Shown here one piece after another: positions 27,998-38,265 of a stretch of DNA of 64,000 bases. A program made the translations under genes and the position numbers. Positions within the stretch are counted from its first letter, which is position 1. Each line of letters starts with the position of its first letter. The notes below the pieces were generated by a model. That model searched no databases. It saw only the letters and a list, made by a program, of their open reading frames with translations, and had not been told where the DNA came from. This stretch comes from a virus (Duplodnaviria > Caudoviricetes): positions 1-64,000 of the IMG/VR virus record IMGVR_UViG_3300035454_000831, one strand, 5' to 3'.

Positions 27998-28921
27998 TCA
28001 AAGAGTGGAAGCCGAAATGTCTATCGATGAAATTAAACAACCACTGTCAAGTTCGGATCTCTGAGTTTTCACCCACTTCACTCCTTCTTTTAGTTTTAGC
28101 TTCCAGTAACACCTTAGGAACGTCCCATCTCCACGCGAAATTATTCGCCAGTCTTCCAATGAGACGTTCGGCAAAATGGCATCAAACTCATCGGGGGTGA
28201 GTTCGGAAAACTCTAACATTTCCCTTCCGAGGAGAGATTGCGTGAAGACTCTAAGAACCCTCTGCGATACCACTGCCATTCGTCTGCATGTTTCGATAGC
28301 GTTACCGATACCGAAACTGTCACGAGATTCTGTTACTAAGGACCTCCTTGGGAGGCCGCATTTATTGATGATGCAGCCGCCATGGCCGTTCTTCATCTTG
28401 CTATAAGCCTTGACGGCTCCTCTGGTCCACCTCACGGAGACCTTGTTATCACGTTTGAAGTACCCAAACTTCTTGACCTGGAGCTTGTGAACGACCTCAT
28501 CGTCAAGACTAAGCTTCCGTGGGCTACCATTTCTAATACAGGCTTCCTTCTGATCGAGCCCCATGAGCCTTAAGCGAGAGTAATTCTCTAATCGCTCTTC
28601 AGTGAGTAGGCTTACCTCCGTTGGCCTTATTCCGTGATTTATAAGCTTCCTCCCGAAGCTTGAGGTTATACTAGCAGCGTACTCAAGCTCATCGTCCCAA
28701 ACGTTCGGGGGTCTAAGCATCGGAGACCTCTTTGGGTCTATTCTCTTCATTGCATTTACAGCACCGTTTAGGACTCTCTTATAATCATGGCCGATGACGG
28801 ACCTTACTAGGGATCTGTTAACGAGCCCATGCCTAACCGCAAGAGCATAATAGTGGCGAACCGTTAGGAACGGTTCCAGACTCCTCAGAAGTGAAATTTT
28901 ATCAAGTGAAACAGAACCCAT
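27998..28921 (-). CDS. Basic hypothetical protein
   Basis: Long open frame; start set to MGSVSLDK to limit overlap. Confidence 0.65.
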   Translation of the reverse strand: MGSVSLDKISLLRSLEPFLTVRHYYALAVRHGLVNRSLVRSVIGHDYKRVLNGAVNAMKRIDPKRSPMLRPPNVWDDELEYAASITSSFGRKLINHGIRPTEVSLLTEERLENYSRLRLMGLDQKEACIRNGSPRKLSLDDEVVHKLQVKKFGYFKRDNKVSVRWTRGAVKAYSKMKNGHGGCIINKCGLPRRSLVTESRDSFGIGNAIETCRRMAVVSQRVLRVFTQSLLGREMLEFSELTPDEFDAILPNVSLEDWRIISRGDGTFLRCYWKLKLKEGVKWVKTQRSELDSGCLISSIDISASTL

Positions 28922-29244
28922 CCGGAGACCCCATAGATGATGATTTTTCGGAACGGTTGGGTTGACATGACGAACTCGAACAACCGCAAGGATAGGACAA
29001 CGACCGCCCCAGCCACAACAACGACCACGACGAACCAGAACGCAACAGCGACGATTTTGCTGACCTCCCACTCAGTTGATAGGATCAATGCGAAAGCGAG
29101 GAGACCAAGGAGTGGGTTTCCTCGTTCTTTGAGCATCCCCCAATACTCCTTCGCAAACCAATGCCTGTTTCCCGCCCCGCTGTCGAATTCTCTCTTCACC
29201 GACAAATCGCGGATCACTTTTAAATCTTCCTTTAAATCGCTCAT
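28885..29244 (-). CDS. Early membrane protein
   Basis: 2-3 hydrophobic segments; promoter 5 nt upstream of ATG 29244. Confidence 0.7.
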   Translation of the reverse strand: MSDLKEDLKVIRDLSVKREFDSGAGNRHWFAKEYWGMLKERGNPLLGLLAFALILSTEWEVSKIVAVAFWFVVVVVVAGAVVVLSLRLFEFVMSTQPFRKIIIYGVSGWVLFHLIKFHF

Positions 29245-29249
29245 ATTAC

Positions 29250-29278
29250 AAACTAACACAGCTTGGTTTTTCTGTCAA
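29250..29278 (-). promoter_or_regulatory. sigma70-type early promoter
   Basis: TTGACA-N17-TAGTTT with extended TG; 5 nt gap to ATG. Confidence 0.7.
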
Positions 29279-29292
29279 TATGAAATTAGTAC

Positions 29293-29321
29293 TTGACAAA
29301 CAACCAAGACCATGTTATAAT
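29293..29321 (+). promoter_or_regulatory. sigma70-type early promoter
   Basis: TTGACA-N17-TATAAT; 5 nt gap to ATG 29327. Confidence 0.9.
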
Positions 29322-29326
29322 TAGAG

Positions 29327-29668
29327 ATGAGACCACGAAATGACTTGACCCCGGAAGAATTCCCCGAAACCGTCGAAACCGCAAAGGCAATTCGGGCTTG
29401 CAAACGAGTGAGGGTTACAAGCCTCGCCACCTTCATTGAGGCTTGTAAAGCCTCTACGGACGCAGAGAGAATCGGTGGACTGTTGGTCGATATGACCACG
29501 AAAAGCATGATCTCGCAGATCTGGGATCGCGTCCAAAACTATGATCAGAGTGAGAAACTCATTGGCGTTCTCACTGCTAGATTCGATAACGCCCTTATCA
29601 AGTACGGGAAAAAAGTCGCCATCTATGACGTTGTGGACCGTTTTTGGAAGCTCGCCTCATCGAAGTAA
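29327..29668 (+). CDS. Hypothetical early protein
   Basis: 113 aa after promoter. Confidence 0.75.
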   Translation: MRPRNDLTPEEFPETVETAKAIRACKRVRVTSLATFIEACKASTDAERIGGLLVDMTTKSMISQIWDRVQNYDQSEKLIGVLTARFDNALIKYGKKVAIYDVVDRFWKLASSK

Positions 29669-29684
29669 CCCCTCCCCTCCCTCT

Positions 29685-30056
29685 ATGAAATTTCCAGAAC
29701 AATATCGACTTCATAACCCTCCCTCCGCATCCATGAGAACGAACACGGGAGACCCGTACGGTATGTTTATCGTGCCATCTGGTCACGCGCCGGGGGGTCG
29801 ATCGCTGAAGATTATAGCCTGCCGAGACTTCGAAGAGACAAAGGGCTGGCAACACGTTTCCGTCTCGCTCGTTCAACTTCCTGATGTCACGCCGCGTTGG
29901 GACACAATGTGTTTCGTGAAAGATCTCTTCTGGGAACCGGAACAAGTAGTGGTCCAGTTCCATCCACCGAAGTCGGAGCATGTCAACACCCACAACGGGT
30001 GCCTTCACCTTTGGCATCACCAAGATATGATCACCCCACCCAAGGAGCTTGTATAA
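29685..30056 (+). CDS. Conserved phage protein
   Basis: WQHVSVS..PRWDTMCFVKDLFW..QFHP...VN.H..CLHLW, a motif set common in phages. Confidence 0.8.
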   Translation: MKFPEQYRLHNPPSASMRTNTGDPYGMFIVPSGHAPGGRSLKIIACRDFEETKGWQHVSVSLVQLPDVTPRWDTMCFVKDLFWEPEQVVVQFHPPKSEHVNTHNGCLHLWHHQDMITPPKELV

Positions 30057-30059
30057 CAC

Positions 30060-32132
30060 ATGAAACTAAGAACTGAAGATAGGCTTGTAGAACTGAATGG
30101 ATTGAAGGTCAAGAGTTATGGAATTGGGGACCTAGCCATATTTCAACAAGTGGCTAGGTCATCAATGTATTCGGACCCCAATAGGGCATGCATTCAGGAA
30201 TACCTCTCAAATGGCATTGATGCAATGCGTGAGAGGTCTCGTAAGGATCCTTCATTCGAACCCAGCACAGACAAGCTATCGATCTCGATAAGCACTGATG
30301 AGTTGCGCATCACAGACTGCGGCATTGGTATTTCCCCTGAGAGAATGGAAAATGGATTCGCCTCATACTACAGTTCTTCTAAGAGGGGATCGGATGACGA
30401 AATCGGCGGATTCGGTCTCGGTTGTAAAACGGCTTTTGCCGATCCGAATCGGGATTCCTTTACTGTGGACACTGTATATGATGACTCTGAGGGGTTGAGG
30501 AAGAGATATATAACATATCACTTTATTGATAGCAACGGCCTGACCTCATACGCAGAACTCTCTAACATAGACTCACCTGATTCCTCTCTTGGCACTACAA
30601 TCATTCTACCAATCGATGAGTCTGATATTGACGTCTATATAGACGTCATAAAGGACGTCTGCAGATATTGGGAGAAGAAGCCAAGCATTCTCGGCACTGA
30701 GTTTCAATGGCCAGTCATAACCCCGATGTTCAAAGGTGATAGGTGGATGATCGAAACCGGAGGCACTCTTCAAGTGGTAATGGATGGGATACCGTACAAG
30801 GTGAACCCATCTCAGTTCCCCGAGAAGTACAGGAAGATGTTCCAATCTGGTGCTGTGTTGTTTTTCGGAACCGGGGAATTGAACGTTACCTCCACAAGAG
30901 AGTCACTTGACTACAGAGGTGATACGGTCGCCGTGATAGTGGAGGTACTGGATGAGATAAGAGCATTCATGGAGGGTAAAGTCGAGGAAGTGATGAGCCT
31001 TAATATTTGGGAAGCTCAAGCAGCTTTCATGGTCCTAAGACCATTTGTTGACTGTGTGGATAGCGCACTATCTGGAAGCGTTAGTTCATCTCCTCGGGGT
31101 TCTCTGATGGTAGGTCGTTCTGTCAATGGTGTTTCTACTAAGGACACAGGCTACTTTGATTATTCGTCGAAGTTCTGCGTCGTCCTCTCCGCCTCCAAAC
31201 TGGTCAATAAAGGGAGACTCGACAGTTTCCTAGACGCCCATCCTGATTTGAGAGTGTACGTCATTAAGGTTCCGACAAGCATGAGCGGTGACCTGATCAA
31301 ATTCATTGCTGAGACTGATAAAAGACACCCCGAGTTAAAGATCAGGGATGTAATTAGTGACAAATACGACCTGAGAAGCTGGCCTATTTCTGAACGCTAC
31401 AAGAAGGTCAGAAGGAAAGCAGAGAAGAAGAAGTTCTCCAAGGGATGCCTTCAAATCTATGGAGGTGGATGGAGCAAGATTGGGATGGATGAGCTTGATG
31501 CGCTCAAGGACCGAAGAGTTTATTACGTCGAAGTAGAGAACCTTCAGTTGGAATCACTCAAGTCAGTCACGATAAGTCAGGAATTCGGTATAAGCAGAGT
31601 GATAGCAGTTGAGAAATCTCAACTGAACCCTGTGCCAATGGCGTGGAGGTCGTACTGGAAGGAGTTAGTCGTCCGTCTCACCGGGAGATTGAAGAAACAG
31701 CAGGAACGTCTGAAAGCTATAAATAGAGCATCGGCGAGTGAGCTGTCAGAATTTTGCAGCACAGACCCCTTATCCTCGGAAATTCTCCGAAGGAGAGCTT
31801 TTGGAAGATCTTTCCAGGCGACCTGGAGGGGTAAACCTGAGTCTCATAGCGATTCGACACCACTTTCCAGGATGCGGCGTCGTAGCGAGGTTTTCATAGA
31901 CTTCAGGGAGCACTATCCAATCCTGAAGGTGGTGAAATGGTCCAGTATCGACCGAAAAAACGGGCCGCTCGCGCTGAAAATATTGAGGTCCTACAAGGGT
32001 CCCGGGGGTCTCCACGATCGTTCAGCGTTCAAAAGTCTGATTTCTTTCGTGAGAGAATCACTTCGAAAGGAACTGTCTCACGAGATACTTCTCATCAAAA
32101 CCAAAATCAAAAAAGCCAAAGACTTCTTATGA
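30060..32132 (+). CDS. rIIA: rIIA-like protein (GHKL ATPase N-terminus)
   Basis: MYSDP..EYLSNGIDA, DCGIGIS, SSKR..IGGFGLGCK, TRESLDY. Confidence 0.9.
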   Translation: MKLRTEDRLVELNGLKVKSYGIGDLAIFQQVARSSMYSDPNRACIQEYLSNGIDAMRERSRKDPSFEPSTDKLSISISTDELRITDCGIGISPERMENGFASYYSSSKRGSDDEIGGFGLGCKTAFADPNRDSFTVDTVYDDSEGLRKRYITYHFIDSNGLTSYAELSNIDSPDSSLGTTIILPIDESDIDVYIDVIKDVCRYWEKKPSILGTEFQWPVITPMFKGDRWMIETGGTLQVVMDGIPYKVNPSQFPEKYRKMFQSGAVLFFGTGELNVTSTRESLDYRGDTVAVIVEVLDEIRAFMEGKVEEVMSLNIWEAQAAFMVLRPFVDCVDSALSGSVSSSPRGSLMVGRSVNGVSTKDTGYFDYSSKFCVVLSASKLVNKGRLDSFLDAHPDLRVYVIKVPTSMSGDLIKFIAETDKRHPELKIRDVISDKYDLRSWPISERYKKVRRKAEKKKFSKGCLQIYGGGWSKIGMDELDALKDRRVYYVEVENLQLESLKSVTISQEFGISRVIAVEKSQLNPVPMAWRSYWKELVVRLTGRLKKQQERLKAINRASASELSEFCSTDPLSSEILRRRAFGRSFQATWRGKPESHSDSTPLSRMRRRSEVFIDFREHYPILKVVKWSSIDRKNGPLALKILRSYKGPGGLHDRSAFKSLISFVRESLRKELSHEILLIKTKIKKAKDFL

Positions 32133-33283
32133 AATACGTAAACCATGTCGTAACCCCGCGTTCAATAACCCTAATCTACAACGATGGTAAGATCGACCGT
32201 ACTGCTACGGTGCAGATGTCTGACGTTGAGAAATACACTGCTTCTTCTGAGGCAATCAAGGCTGGGAAGTTTGATTCGTTGCTCTCGATAATCAGGCCGG
32301 AGGAAATGATGAATGATCTTGGCGACGGGTTCTCACTGGAGAACGGGATCGTCAGTTACAATGGCGAGGGACTGCCTAACGTCCTCTCAACAAAAATCAT
32401 TCTTCTGATCAAATCGAGCCTATCTTTCGAGCCCGTGAAGAACCTCTGGAAAAAGGCCTCTTTGCTTAATGAGGTATCCAGAAAGTCATTGGTGGAGTTC
32501 ATCATCAGGAATAATGTTACCATATTACCTGATGGCAACTTTATCCTGTACAAGATGGTTAGGCACGATATGACCAGTCATCATGATGGCGAGACGAGAC
32601 ATTATCTTGGGCAACCACTTACTATTAATCGATCCTCATGCGATCAAGACCCTCATGTTCAGTGCGGAAGGGGTCTTCATGCCGCCCCTTTTTCATGGGT
32701 ATCAAAGAATTATAAATCCGGCCTTATGTTGGAGGTCGCTTTGAACCCTGAACACGTCGTGAGCGTACCAAGGGAGGACACTGGTAAAATTCGCTGCTGC
32801 TGGCAACTTCCCCTTAGGATTGTCGGGAGAGATGAAGAGGTAAAGGCTTCTACGCTTAAGGAAGGTGAACTGGTCAATCCAGTATCCATTAAGGACATTC
32901 CGAAAGAAATCAAAGAGGCCAGGACCAAACGCCGCAAGGAAAGTAGCAGAGGTGGCCTATTGATCAATGCTACTACTGATCGAGTAACAATTCCCGCCGT
33001 GGTTATGCTTGATGCTGGATTTAAAGCCAATGACGAGCTTTCGGTATTCATTACCGACAGGCGTTCAAGGTTCTTATTAGTCTGCCCGGAGCGGCATCTG
33101 AAGCGTTTCAGTAAAGAATACAAGTGTGTCGATTCTGTGAGTGTGAAATCTCTGTCTACTGGATCGGTCTCACTTCGTGCTCCTACCCTTACTATGGCGA
33201 AGATCTGGGTTCCGAAAACTGCGGCATCTTACAGAGTGAAGGTGATTTCTAGGAATCTCGTGGAAATAAGACTGAATTCCTAA
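32129..33283 (+). CDS. rIIB: rIIB-like protein with a C-terminal extension
   Basis: DGNFILYK, CGRGLH, NPEHVVSVP..KIRCC; ATGA overlap with rIIA. Confidence 0.9.
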   Translation: MKYVNHVVTPRSITLIYNDGKIDRTATVQMSDVEKYTASSEAIKAGKFDSLLSIIRPEEMMNDLGDGFSLENGIVSYNGEGLPNVLSTKIILLIKSSLSFEPVKNLWKKASLLNEVSRKSLVEFIIRNNVTILPDGNFILYKMVRHDMTSHHDGETRHYLGQPLTINRSSCDQDPHVQCGRGLHAAPFSWVSKNYKSGLMLEVALNPEHVVSVPREDTGKIRCCWQLPLRIVGRDEEVKASTLKEGELVNPVSIKDIPKEIKEARTKRRKESSRGGLLINATTDRVTIPAVVMLDAGFKANDELSVFITDRRSRFLLVCPERHLKRFSKEYKCVDSVSVKSLSTGSVSLRAPTLTMAKIWVPKTAASYRVKVISRNLVEIRLNS

Positions 33284-33290
33284 TACCTCA

Positions 33291-33524
33291 ATGGAATACA
33301 ACAGGCGGCTTATTGAACCGAGTCCTCGATGGGAGGAAGACCCAGTTCCAGATGGTAATGGATACTGGGGCGGAAGATTTCGCGTGCTTCGATGCAGTGG
33401 CGGAGGCTACGAACCGAACGTCGAAGTTGATGAGGAGTGGGTAAAGCCACCAGAAGATATGATCAAAGCCGAGCCTGAAGAAATCGAGGGGAAATGGTAC
33501 TGGTCAGAATCCTGTGGAAATTGA
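33291..33524 (+). CDS. Small acidic hypothetical protein
   Basis: 77-aa ORF filling the gap. Confidence 0.6.
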   Translation: MEYNRRLIEPSPRWEEDPVPDGNGYWGGRFRVLRCSGGGYEPNVEVDEEWVKPPEDMIKAEPEEIEGKWYWSESCGN

Positions 33525-33549
33525 ATGTCTAATCCTACCTATTTAAGTA

Positions 33550-33978
33550 ATGAAAAATCTATCCGAAACCGCTGCTAGGCTCCTTGAGGGAGAGCCCCAG
33601 CTCCCGTATCAAGCACGATACACCGATGGGCATGGGGAGAAGAGGAGCACCCTAATCATCCCCAACGATACTACCCTTCCACGTTTCAGAAAGTTGAAAA
33701 GCTCGTTGTACTCGTGGCGGTCTCCAATAAAATTCGCCATCGAAAAGAAAGTGAAGGATCAACTTGGTATCACTATTATTAGTGCAGGACAAGACGCAAA
33801 ATTGAATCTTGTCCTGATTATCGACAACGAGGAGGGTAAGGTGACGGACCTGCTGGAATTACTAGCTGATCCAAACATTCTCACCCCGGACCCGATCGGC
33901 CAAGCCAGGAGTGCTGGATTTAACACCCCTGAAGAATTCAACCGCTACTCTCACACGAGAGCGGCCACTGGGCGCTAG
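33550..33978 (+). CDS. Protein with MKNLSETAARLLE leader, putative internal head protein
   Basis: AATCCTACCTAT 7 nt upstream; LxE leader. Confidence 0.7.
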   Translation: MKNLSETAARLLEGEPQLPYQARYTDGHGEKRSTLIIPNDTTLPRFRKLKSSLYSWRSPIKFAIEKKVKDQLGITIISAGQDAKLNLVLIIDNEEGKVTDLLELLADPNILTPDPIGQARSAGFNTPEEFNRYSHTRAATGR

Positions 33979-33979
33979 A

Positions 33980-34663
33980 TCAGTGTGCTAGATACAAGCG
34001 GTTATTCTCTGCTATGACAGCAGACGCTTCTTCTTTATATCCATAATCAGACAGGAAACTGTCGGGCAATTTCCCTTCGACCACTAAGGAGGGTCTCCAA
34101 CTAGAGATAACGCGTTTAGCACCCAGCAAGGCTTCAAGTTGGTAATCCTCCACGTCTAAGTGGATGCAGCTGACTTTAATATTAGATGGGACCGTTAGGT
34201 CAATGGTGGTAGTGGCAACTGGATAGGTGTTCAAATCCTGCGTCACTATCCTTGATCCCCCCCCGAGGAACCTTCCAGTCGAGGCTCTCTCCACCGTTCT
34301 AAGGTGGGCTACCCCGGGAGAAGAGGAAAGGGCGAGAGGGAATAATGACACATTCTCGTATGACACCCGACCTAGTTCCAGGGTTTTCAGTAATGAGTAT
34401 ATGTTGATGTGGCATGGTTCGTAAAGGAAAATCCTTTGGTCCTTCTGTAAGCCCTCAGCGATTTTGGTTATCCCGTCCCCAAAAAATGCACCTGCTTGGA
34501 CTAAACTCCCGCCCTCTCTTAATACCTCAACAATTAGTCTATTAGTTATAGGCTCCCACTCCCTTCCTGCCTCAATAGTCTTTGGGCATGATCTCCAAAA
34601 CGCCTGTTCCGGAATTGCGACAGAGTCTATTATCTTACTCACGAAGGGGCCATAGGTGCGCAT
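33980..34663 (-). CDS. FkbM-family SAM methyltransferase
   Basis: AGAFFG, YEP, TTIDL, IHLDVE, WRPSLVVE. Confidence 0.82.
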   Translation of the reverse strand: MRTYGPFVSKIIDSVAIPEQAFWRSCPKTIEAGREWEPITNRLIVEVLREGGSLVQAGAFFGDGITKIAEGLQKDQRIFLYEPCHINIYSLLKTLELGRVSYENVSLFPLALSSSPGVAHLRTVERASTGRFLGGGSRIVTQDLNTYPVATTTIDLTVPSNIKVSCIHLDVEDYQLEALLGAKRVISSWRPSLVVEGKLPDSFLSDYGYKEEASAVIAENNRLYLAH

Positions 34664-34670
34664 ATAATAC

Positions 34671-35129
34671 CTAGAATGGGCAATTATCTTCCGGGACGTC
34701 CTCCTCCGGAGTGTAAACGTAACCCCTCCTACGTTCCTTGTTCCCCTTTATCACATTCTCAACACACGTTATAATTTGAAGGTTACCGACCTCATATCCC
34801 TTAGTGCTATCCTTCCGATCTAAATGAAGGCAATGACGTTCACAGCCTCTGTTGTCCATATAGTTCTGCTGCATTACTATTTTAGTATACTCTTCCAAAG
34901 TTAGAGACCATGAAACGCCTCTCCTCTTGGCATCGGACTTCTTCTCTACGAAGGTTGACCCGATTGGATTACGAAACCTAGATAGTTCCTTCGCATGAGT
35001 TGCGCAGAGACGGTGTTTGCTTTTATTAACGCAACCTGGGGCTTCCCTGCTGTCGCGACGACAGAATTTCACGGGGCATCTCCCTGGCTTGATTTCCTTA
35101 CGGAACTCGAAATGACCGTCACCCTCCAT
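34671..35129 (-). CDS. HNH-like endonuclease
   Basis: LDRKDSTKGYEVGNLQIITCVEN..KG; AKRRG..WSLT. Confidence 0.72.
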   Translation of the reverse strand: MEGDGHFEFRKEIKPGRCPVKFCRRDSREAPGCVNKSKHRLCATHAKELSRFRNPIGSTFVEKKSDAKRRGVSWSLTLEEYTKIVMQQNYMDNRGCERHCLHLDRKDSTKGYEVGNLQIITCVENVIKGNKERRRGYVYTPEEDVPEDNCPF

Positions 35130-35148
35130 GGTTAAATGGGGGGTGCTA

Positions 35149-35880
35149 TCACTGCATGCTTAACGTTATCACCGCATGCTTGGAGACCGTGTGACCACCT
35201 TCCAACAAGTGTTCCGAGACTAGAGACTCGACTCTAGTTCCAGCGTCACTAAACCAATAAACTGCCTCGGTCCTTGGGGAATACAACCAAACGTAGCTAG
35301 ACTCTGGGGAGTGCTCAATCTCCGTGATATCGCCTCTCTTACTAGACGACACAATGTCGCCGATAACAGTACCAGAGATACCAGATGGATCAATGCGGGC
35401 CATCTCCAGGTACTCATCAGTATTATCCTCGATCGAGTTACCCGGTACTGCTTGTTTCCTGACTGACACACCATCTTCGGTGACTTCGAAGAACCTATCA
35501 AACTCGGGGGTTCCTATCGCTTGGGACACCCACGAAACCATGTCCGGAAAGCCTGGGGTTTCCAACAACTCTGCCATTGAGTACGCCTTCCTCAATGTCG
35601 AATCGTTCGCCAACTTGAAAAGTAAGACAGGTTTCTTTTTTCTGAACTCTGACTCATCAAGGCCACCAATTGCAGCACCAACAAACTGGGGATCCGATTC
35701 ATCATAACTGCAAAACTCAGAAGGTTGAACTGTAAACTTCGCATCTGGCGCTAGTGAAACATCTCCTCCAGATGTGAGGCGCATCCCGTCAATAGAGATC
35801 TTCAGTGGGTCTACGTAGTTCGAAACAAGGACTGCATGGAAGGTTTTCGTAAGTGGATCTTCAAAAATGACATAGCGCAT
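35149..35880 (-). CDS. Hypothetical protein
   Basis: 243-aa ORF. Confidence 0.7.
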   Translation of the reverse strand: MRYVIFEDPLTKTFHAVLVSNYVDPLKISIDGMRLTSGGDVSLAPDAKFTVQPSEFCSYDESDPQFVGAAIGGLDESEFRKKKPVLLFKLANDSTLRKAYSMAELLETPGFPDMVSWVSQAIGTPEFDRFFEVTEDGVSVRKQAVPGNSIEDNTDEYLEMARIDPSGISGTVIGDIVSSSKRGDITEIEHSPESSYVWLYSPRTEAVYWFSDAGTRVESLVSEHLLEGGHTVSKHAVITLSMQ

Positions 35881-35887
35881 ACTCCTT

Positions 35888-35911
35888 AGAACGCACTAAA
35901 AGCGGTTTTCT
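35888..35911. promoter_or_regulatory. Divergent putative middle promoters (GCGTTCT minus, GTTTTCT plus)
   Basis: 7 and 9 nt before ATG 35880 and ATG 35921. Confidence 0.5.
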
Positions 35912-35920
35912 AGAACATAT

Positions 35921-36778
35921 ATGACATACTTGGTAGTAGACGTAATGAACTTGGCGTACAGATACTTTCATGGGCTCCCTCCCCTATCGAGTATGAAGAC
36001 TGGAATTCAGACCCATGTTATATTTGGATGGGTTAACTTCATTCTTGAGCACTATCGAAAACTACCATCCGTACCAAAGGACGCGGAGATGATAGCGTTT
36101 TTCGATGACAATGGGACCGCGTCAGGTGCGAATTTAGTCGGGGGCTACAAGGAGAATCGTGAGGAAAGGCCGGAGTCACTCACCGACCAAATCCCATTTC
36201 TGATTTTGGCGACTAAACTTCTTGGTATTTCATACGTTAAAGAGGATGGGTACGAAGCCGACCACTTGATCGGCCAGTTCACTTTAACTAAACATTCTGA
36301 GGGCCATACTGTTTACATCTTGTCATCGGATAAGGATATGCTACAGCTGGTTAATGAGAGAGTGTTCATTATCAAACCGGAAAACGGTGGAGTCTACAAA
36401 TTAATGGATAGACAAGCAGTCTACGATAAGTGGCTCGTCTATCCAGAGAACATACCTGACTTACTCCTTTGTATGGGTGATAAGTCAGATAACATCCCCA
36501 ACGTACCGGGAGTTGGAATAAAAACTGCTCAAAGCTTGATTAGTACATACGGCTCGGTAGACAACATTTATCAGAACCTTGATTGCTTGAAGCCAAAACT
36601 GAAAGAGTCATTCGAGAACTACAGGAGCCAAGTTGAAAACACTAGAAAACTAGTATCATTCTCCCCAGGGGACGTAAGGGTCCGGAAGAGGCCTATGGAT
36701 ACGAGTGGTATCTTTGAACTCTGCCGAGAGCTTGAAATGACAAAGACCCTAGGAAAGCTCATGGACTTATACTCATGA
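35921..36778 (+). CDS. 5'-3' exonuclease / flap endonuclease (PolI N-terminal, T4 RNase H-like)
   Basis: YKENR, EADH, SSDKDMLQL, GDKSDNIPNVPGVGIKTA. Confidence 0.93.
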   Translation: MTYLVVDVMNLAYRYFHGLPPLSSMKTGIQTHVIFGWVNFILEHYRKLPSVPKDAEMIAFFDDNGTASGANLVGGYKENREERPESLTDQIPFLILATKLLGISYVKEDGYEADHLIGQFTLTKHSEGHTVYILSSDKDMLQLVNERVFIIKPENGGVYKLMDRQAVYDKWLVYPENIPDLLLCMGDKSDNIPNVPGVGIKTAQSLISTYGSVDNIYQNLDCLKPKLKESFENYRSQVENTRKLVSFSPGDVRVRKRPMDTSGIFELCRELEMTKTLGKLMDLYS

Positions 36779-37080
36779 AGAAGATTTACATAGCCCACCC
36801 ATTCACTACCTACGGAGACCCGGAGGAGAATTTCAGGAGACAAGAGGAGATATGTGGGAAAGTGTTTAAAACAGGCTGTATACCTGTTTCCCCCATTCTA
36901 ACATTCGGGAAAGTGATTCCACATGACGAGGCAAACTATGAATTGGCCATGGATGCCTGTTTCTGGCTTCTCAATGCTTGTGACGAGGTGTGGTTCTTCG
37001 GAGAATGGGAGAAGTCAAAAGGATGCATGCTGGAGATGAACTTCGCTAAGAGTGTAGGGAAAACAATCCGTGAATTTTGA
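36775..37080 (+). CDS. Nucleoside deoxyribosyltransferase-fold small protein
   Basis: KIYIAHP...CDEVW...WEKSKGCMLE. Confidence 0.72.
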   Translation: MKKIYIAHPFTTYGDPEENFRRQEEICGKVFKTGCIPVSPILTFGKVIPHDEANYELAMDACFWLLNACDEVWFFGEWEKSKGCMLEMNFAKSVGKTIREF

Positions 37081-37232
37081 TAGTATGACCTCAGGCACAA
37101 CAGCGACGCATGAACCAGCTATCGCCGTACATAACGTGTTTTCACAAGCTATCCCTGGAGCTTTTGGGCTTCCATTTCTCCGGCGACTACTGAATAATCC
37201 GAACTCCAGCGAGAATCCTACCTATGTCCACT

Positions 37233-37997
37233 ATGAAAATATACAACTACTTTCAGACCCCTCTAGTCATACCAGTAACTCAGAGGAACTTACAACTACA
37301 ATCTGAAGATTCTCATAAATCCGTTAGGTGCCCAATCTACAGAAACGCCGTGAAAGCCGCCGTCTATTTATGCCTGAATGGAGATTTGGAAATCACATGG
37401 AATGGTGGTCACGACTTTGAGGTTAAGAAACCAGATTGGTGGCAACAACAGTGGAAAGAAACAAAACGACATTTTGTGGATTCGGCCTTGGGAGTCGGTA
37501 TGGGTAGTAATGGCGTTCCAATAACAATGTTCAGGTACTCGATGTATGGACCATTTGGAACCACCGACACCGTGATGCTGCATCAGGGTGGTCTATCAAT
37601 GAGTTTCTTCACTGGTCTCTCGATTGAGACAGAGAGAGGGGAGGGAATATTCGTCATGCCCCCTATCAACCGATATGAATCGGCATGGACTATCCAGCAT
37701 GGGTATTATGACTCTGATACTTTCCCAGGAGACTTTTCATTCAACCTACAGATTTTGAAACAAGGGAAGATAGTGATCCCAGATCAGACTCCTCTATGCT
37801 CAATCGTCCCATGTAGACTTGGTGATCCTGAGTTCATAAAACCTTCAGAAGATGAGCATAAAGCCCGATGGGACGAGTCTGTCAGGTGGAATAGTATAAA
37901 GGATCGGAACTCAGAGAAGGTTTATGAGAGTGTCCTTAGGGAATACTCTAGTGGGGGTCCAGTGGGATCAACTCCCGACGTCACTTCTTCTTCTTGA
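37233..37997 (+). CDS. Conserved hypothetical protein, possibly dUTPase-like beta fold
   Basis: RCP, PPIN, G..DSD, TPLCSIVP; AATCCTACCTAT 7 nt before ATG 37233. Confidence 0.6.
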   Translation: MKIYNYFQTPLVIPVTQRNLQLQSEDSHKSVRCPIYRNAVKAAVYLCLNGDLEITWNGGHDFEVKKPDWWQQQWKETKRHFVDSALGVGMGSNGVPITMFRYSMYGPFGTTDTVMLHQGGLSMSFFTGLSIETERGEGIFVMPPINRYESAWTIQHGYYDSDTFPGDFSFNLQILKQGKIVIPDQTPLCSIVPCRLGDPEFIKPSEDEHKARWDESVRWNSIKDRNSEKVYESVLREYSSGGPVGSTPDVTSSS

Positions 37998-38220
37998 CTT
38001 GTTTAGTATCACCACTGAGTGAGAAATTCAATATTATGAAATCGATAGCTCCTTCGAGCGAGGCGAGTGTCAGGTTTGGGTCCCCGTCCTTCTCTCCCGA
38101 GAACACACTCCAAGAGTTATCATCATCATCGTCCATTTTCCGTGCTAGTGCGACAAAGTTGCCGCTGCTATTAGTCACGTAAAATTCCTTGTGAGTGCTC
38201 TCAATCCTACGAATGTACAT
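37981..38220 (-). CDS. Hypothetical protein
   Basis: 79-aa ORF. Confidence 0.65.
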   Translation of the reverse strand: MYIRRIESTHKEFYVTNSSGNFVALARKMDDDDDNSWSVFSGEKDGDPNLTLASLEGAIDFIILNFSLSGDTKQVKKKK

Positions 38221-38265
38221 AACAAATAAGAAAGACTGTAAACTCCGTTGACGATTTTCGGAATA

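Noticed and set aside
37070-37306. 78-aa ORF bridging two genes
   Set aside because: It overlaps both neighbours and has no motif, so it cannot be supported, although the ~150-bp gap remains unexplained
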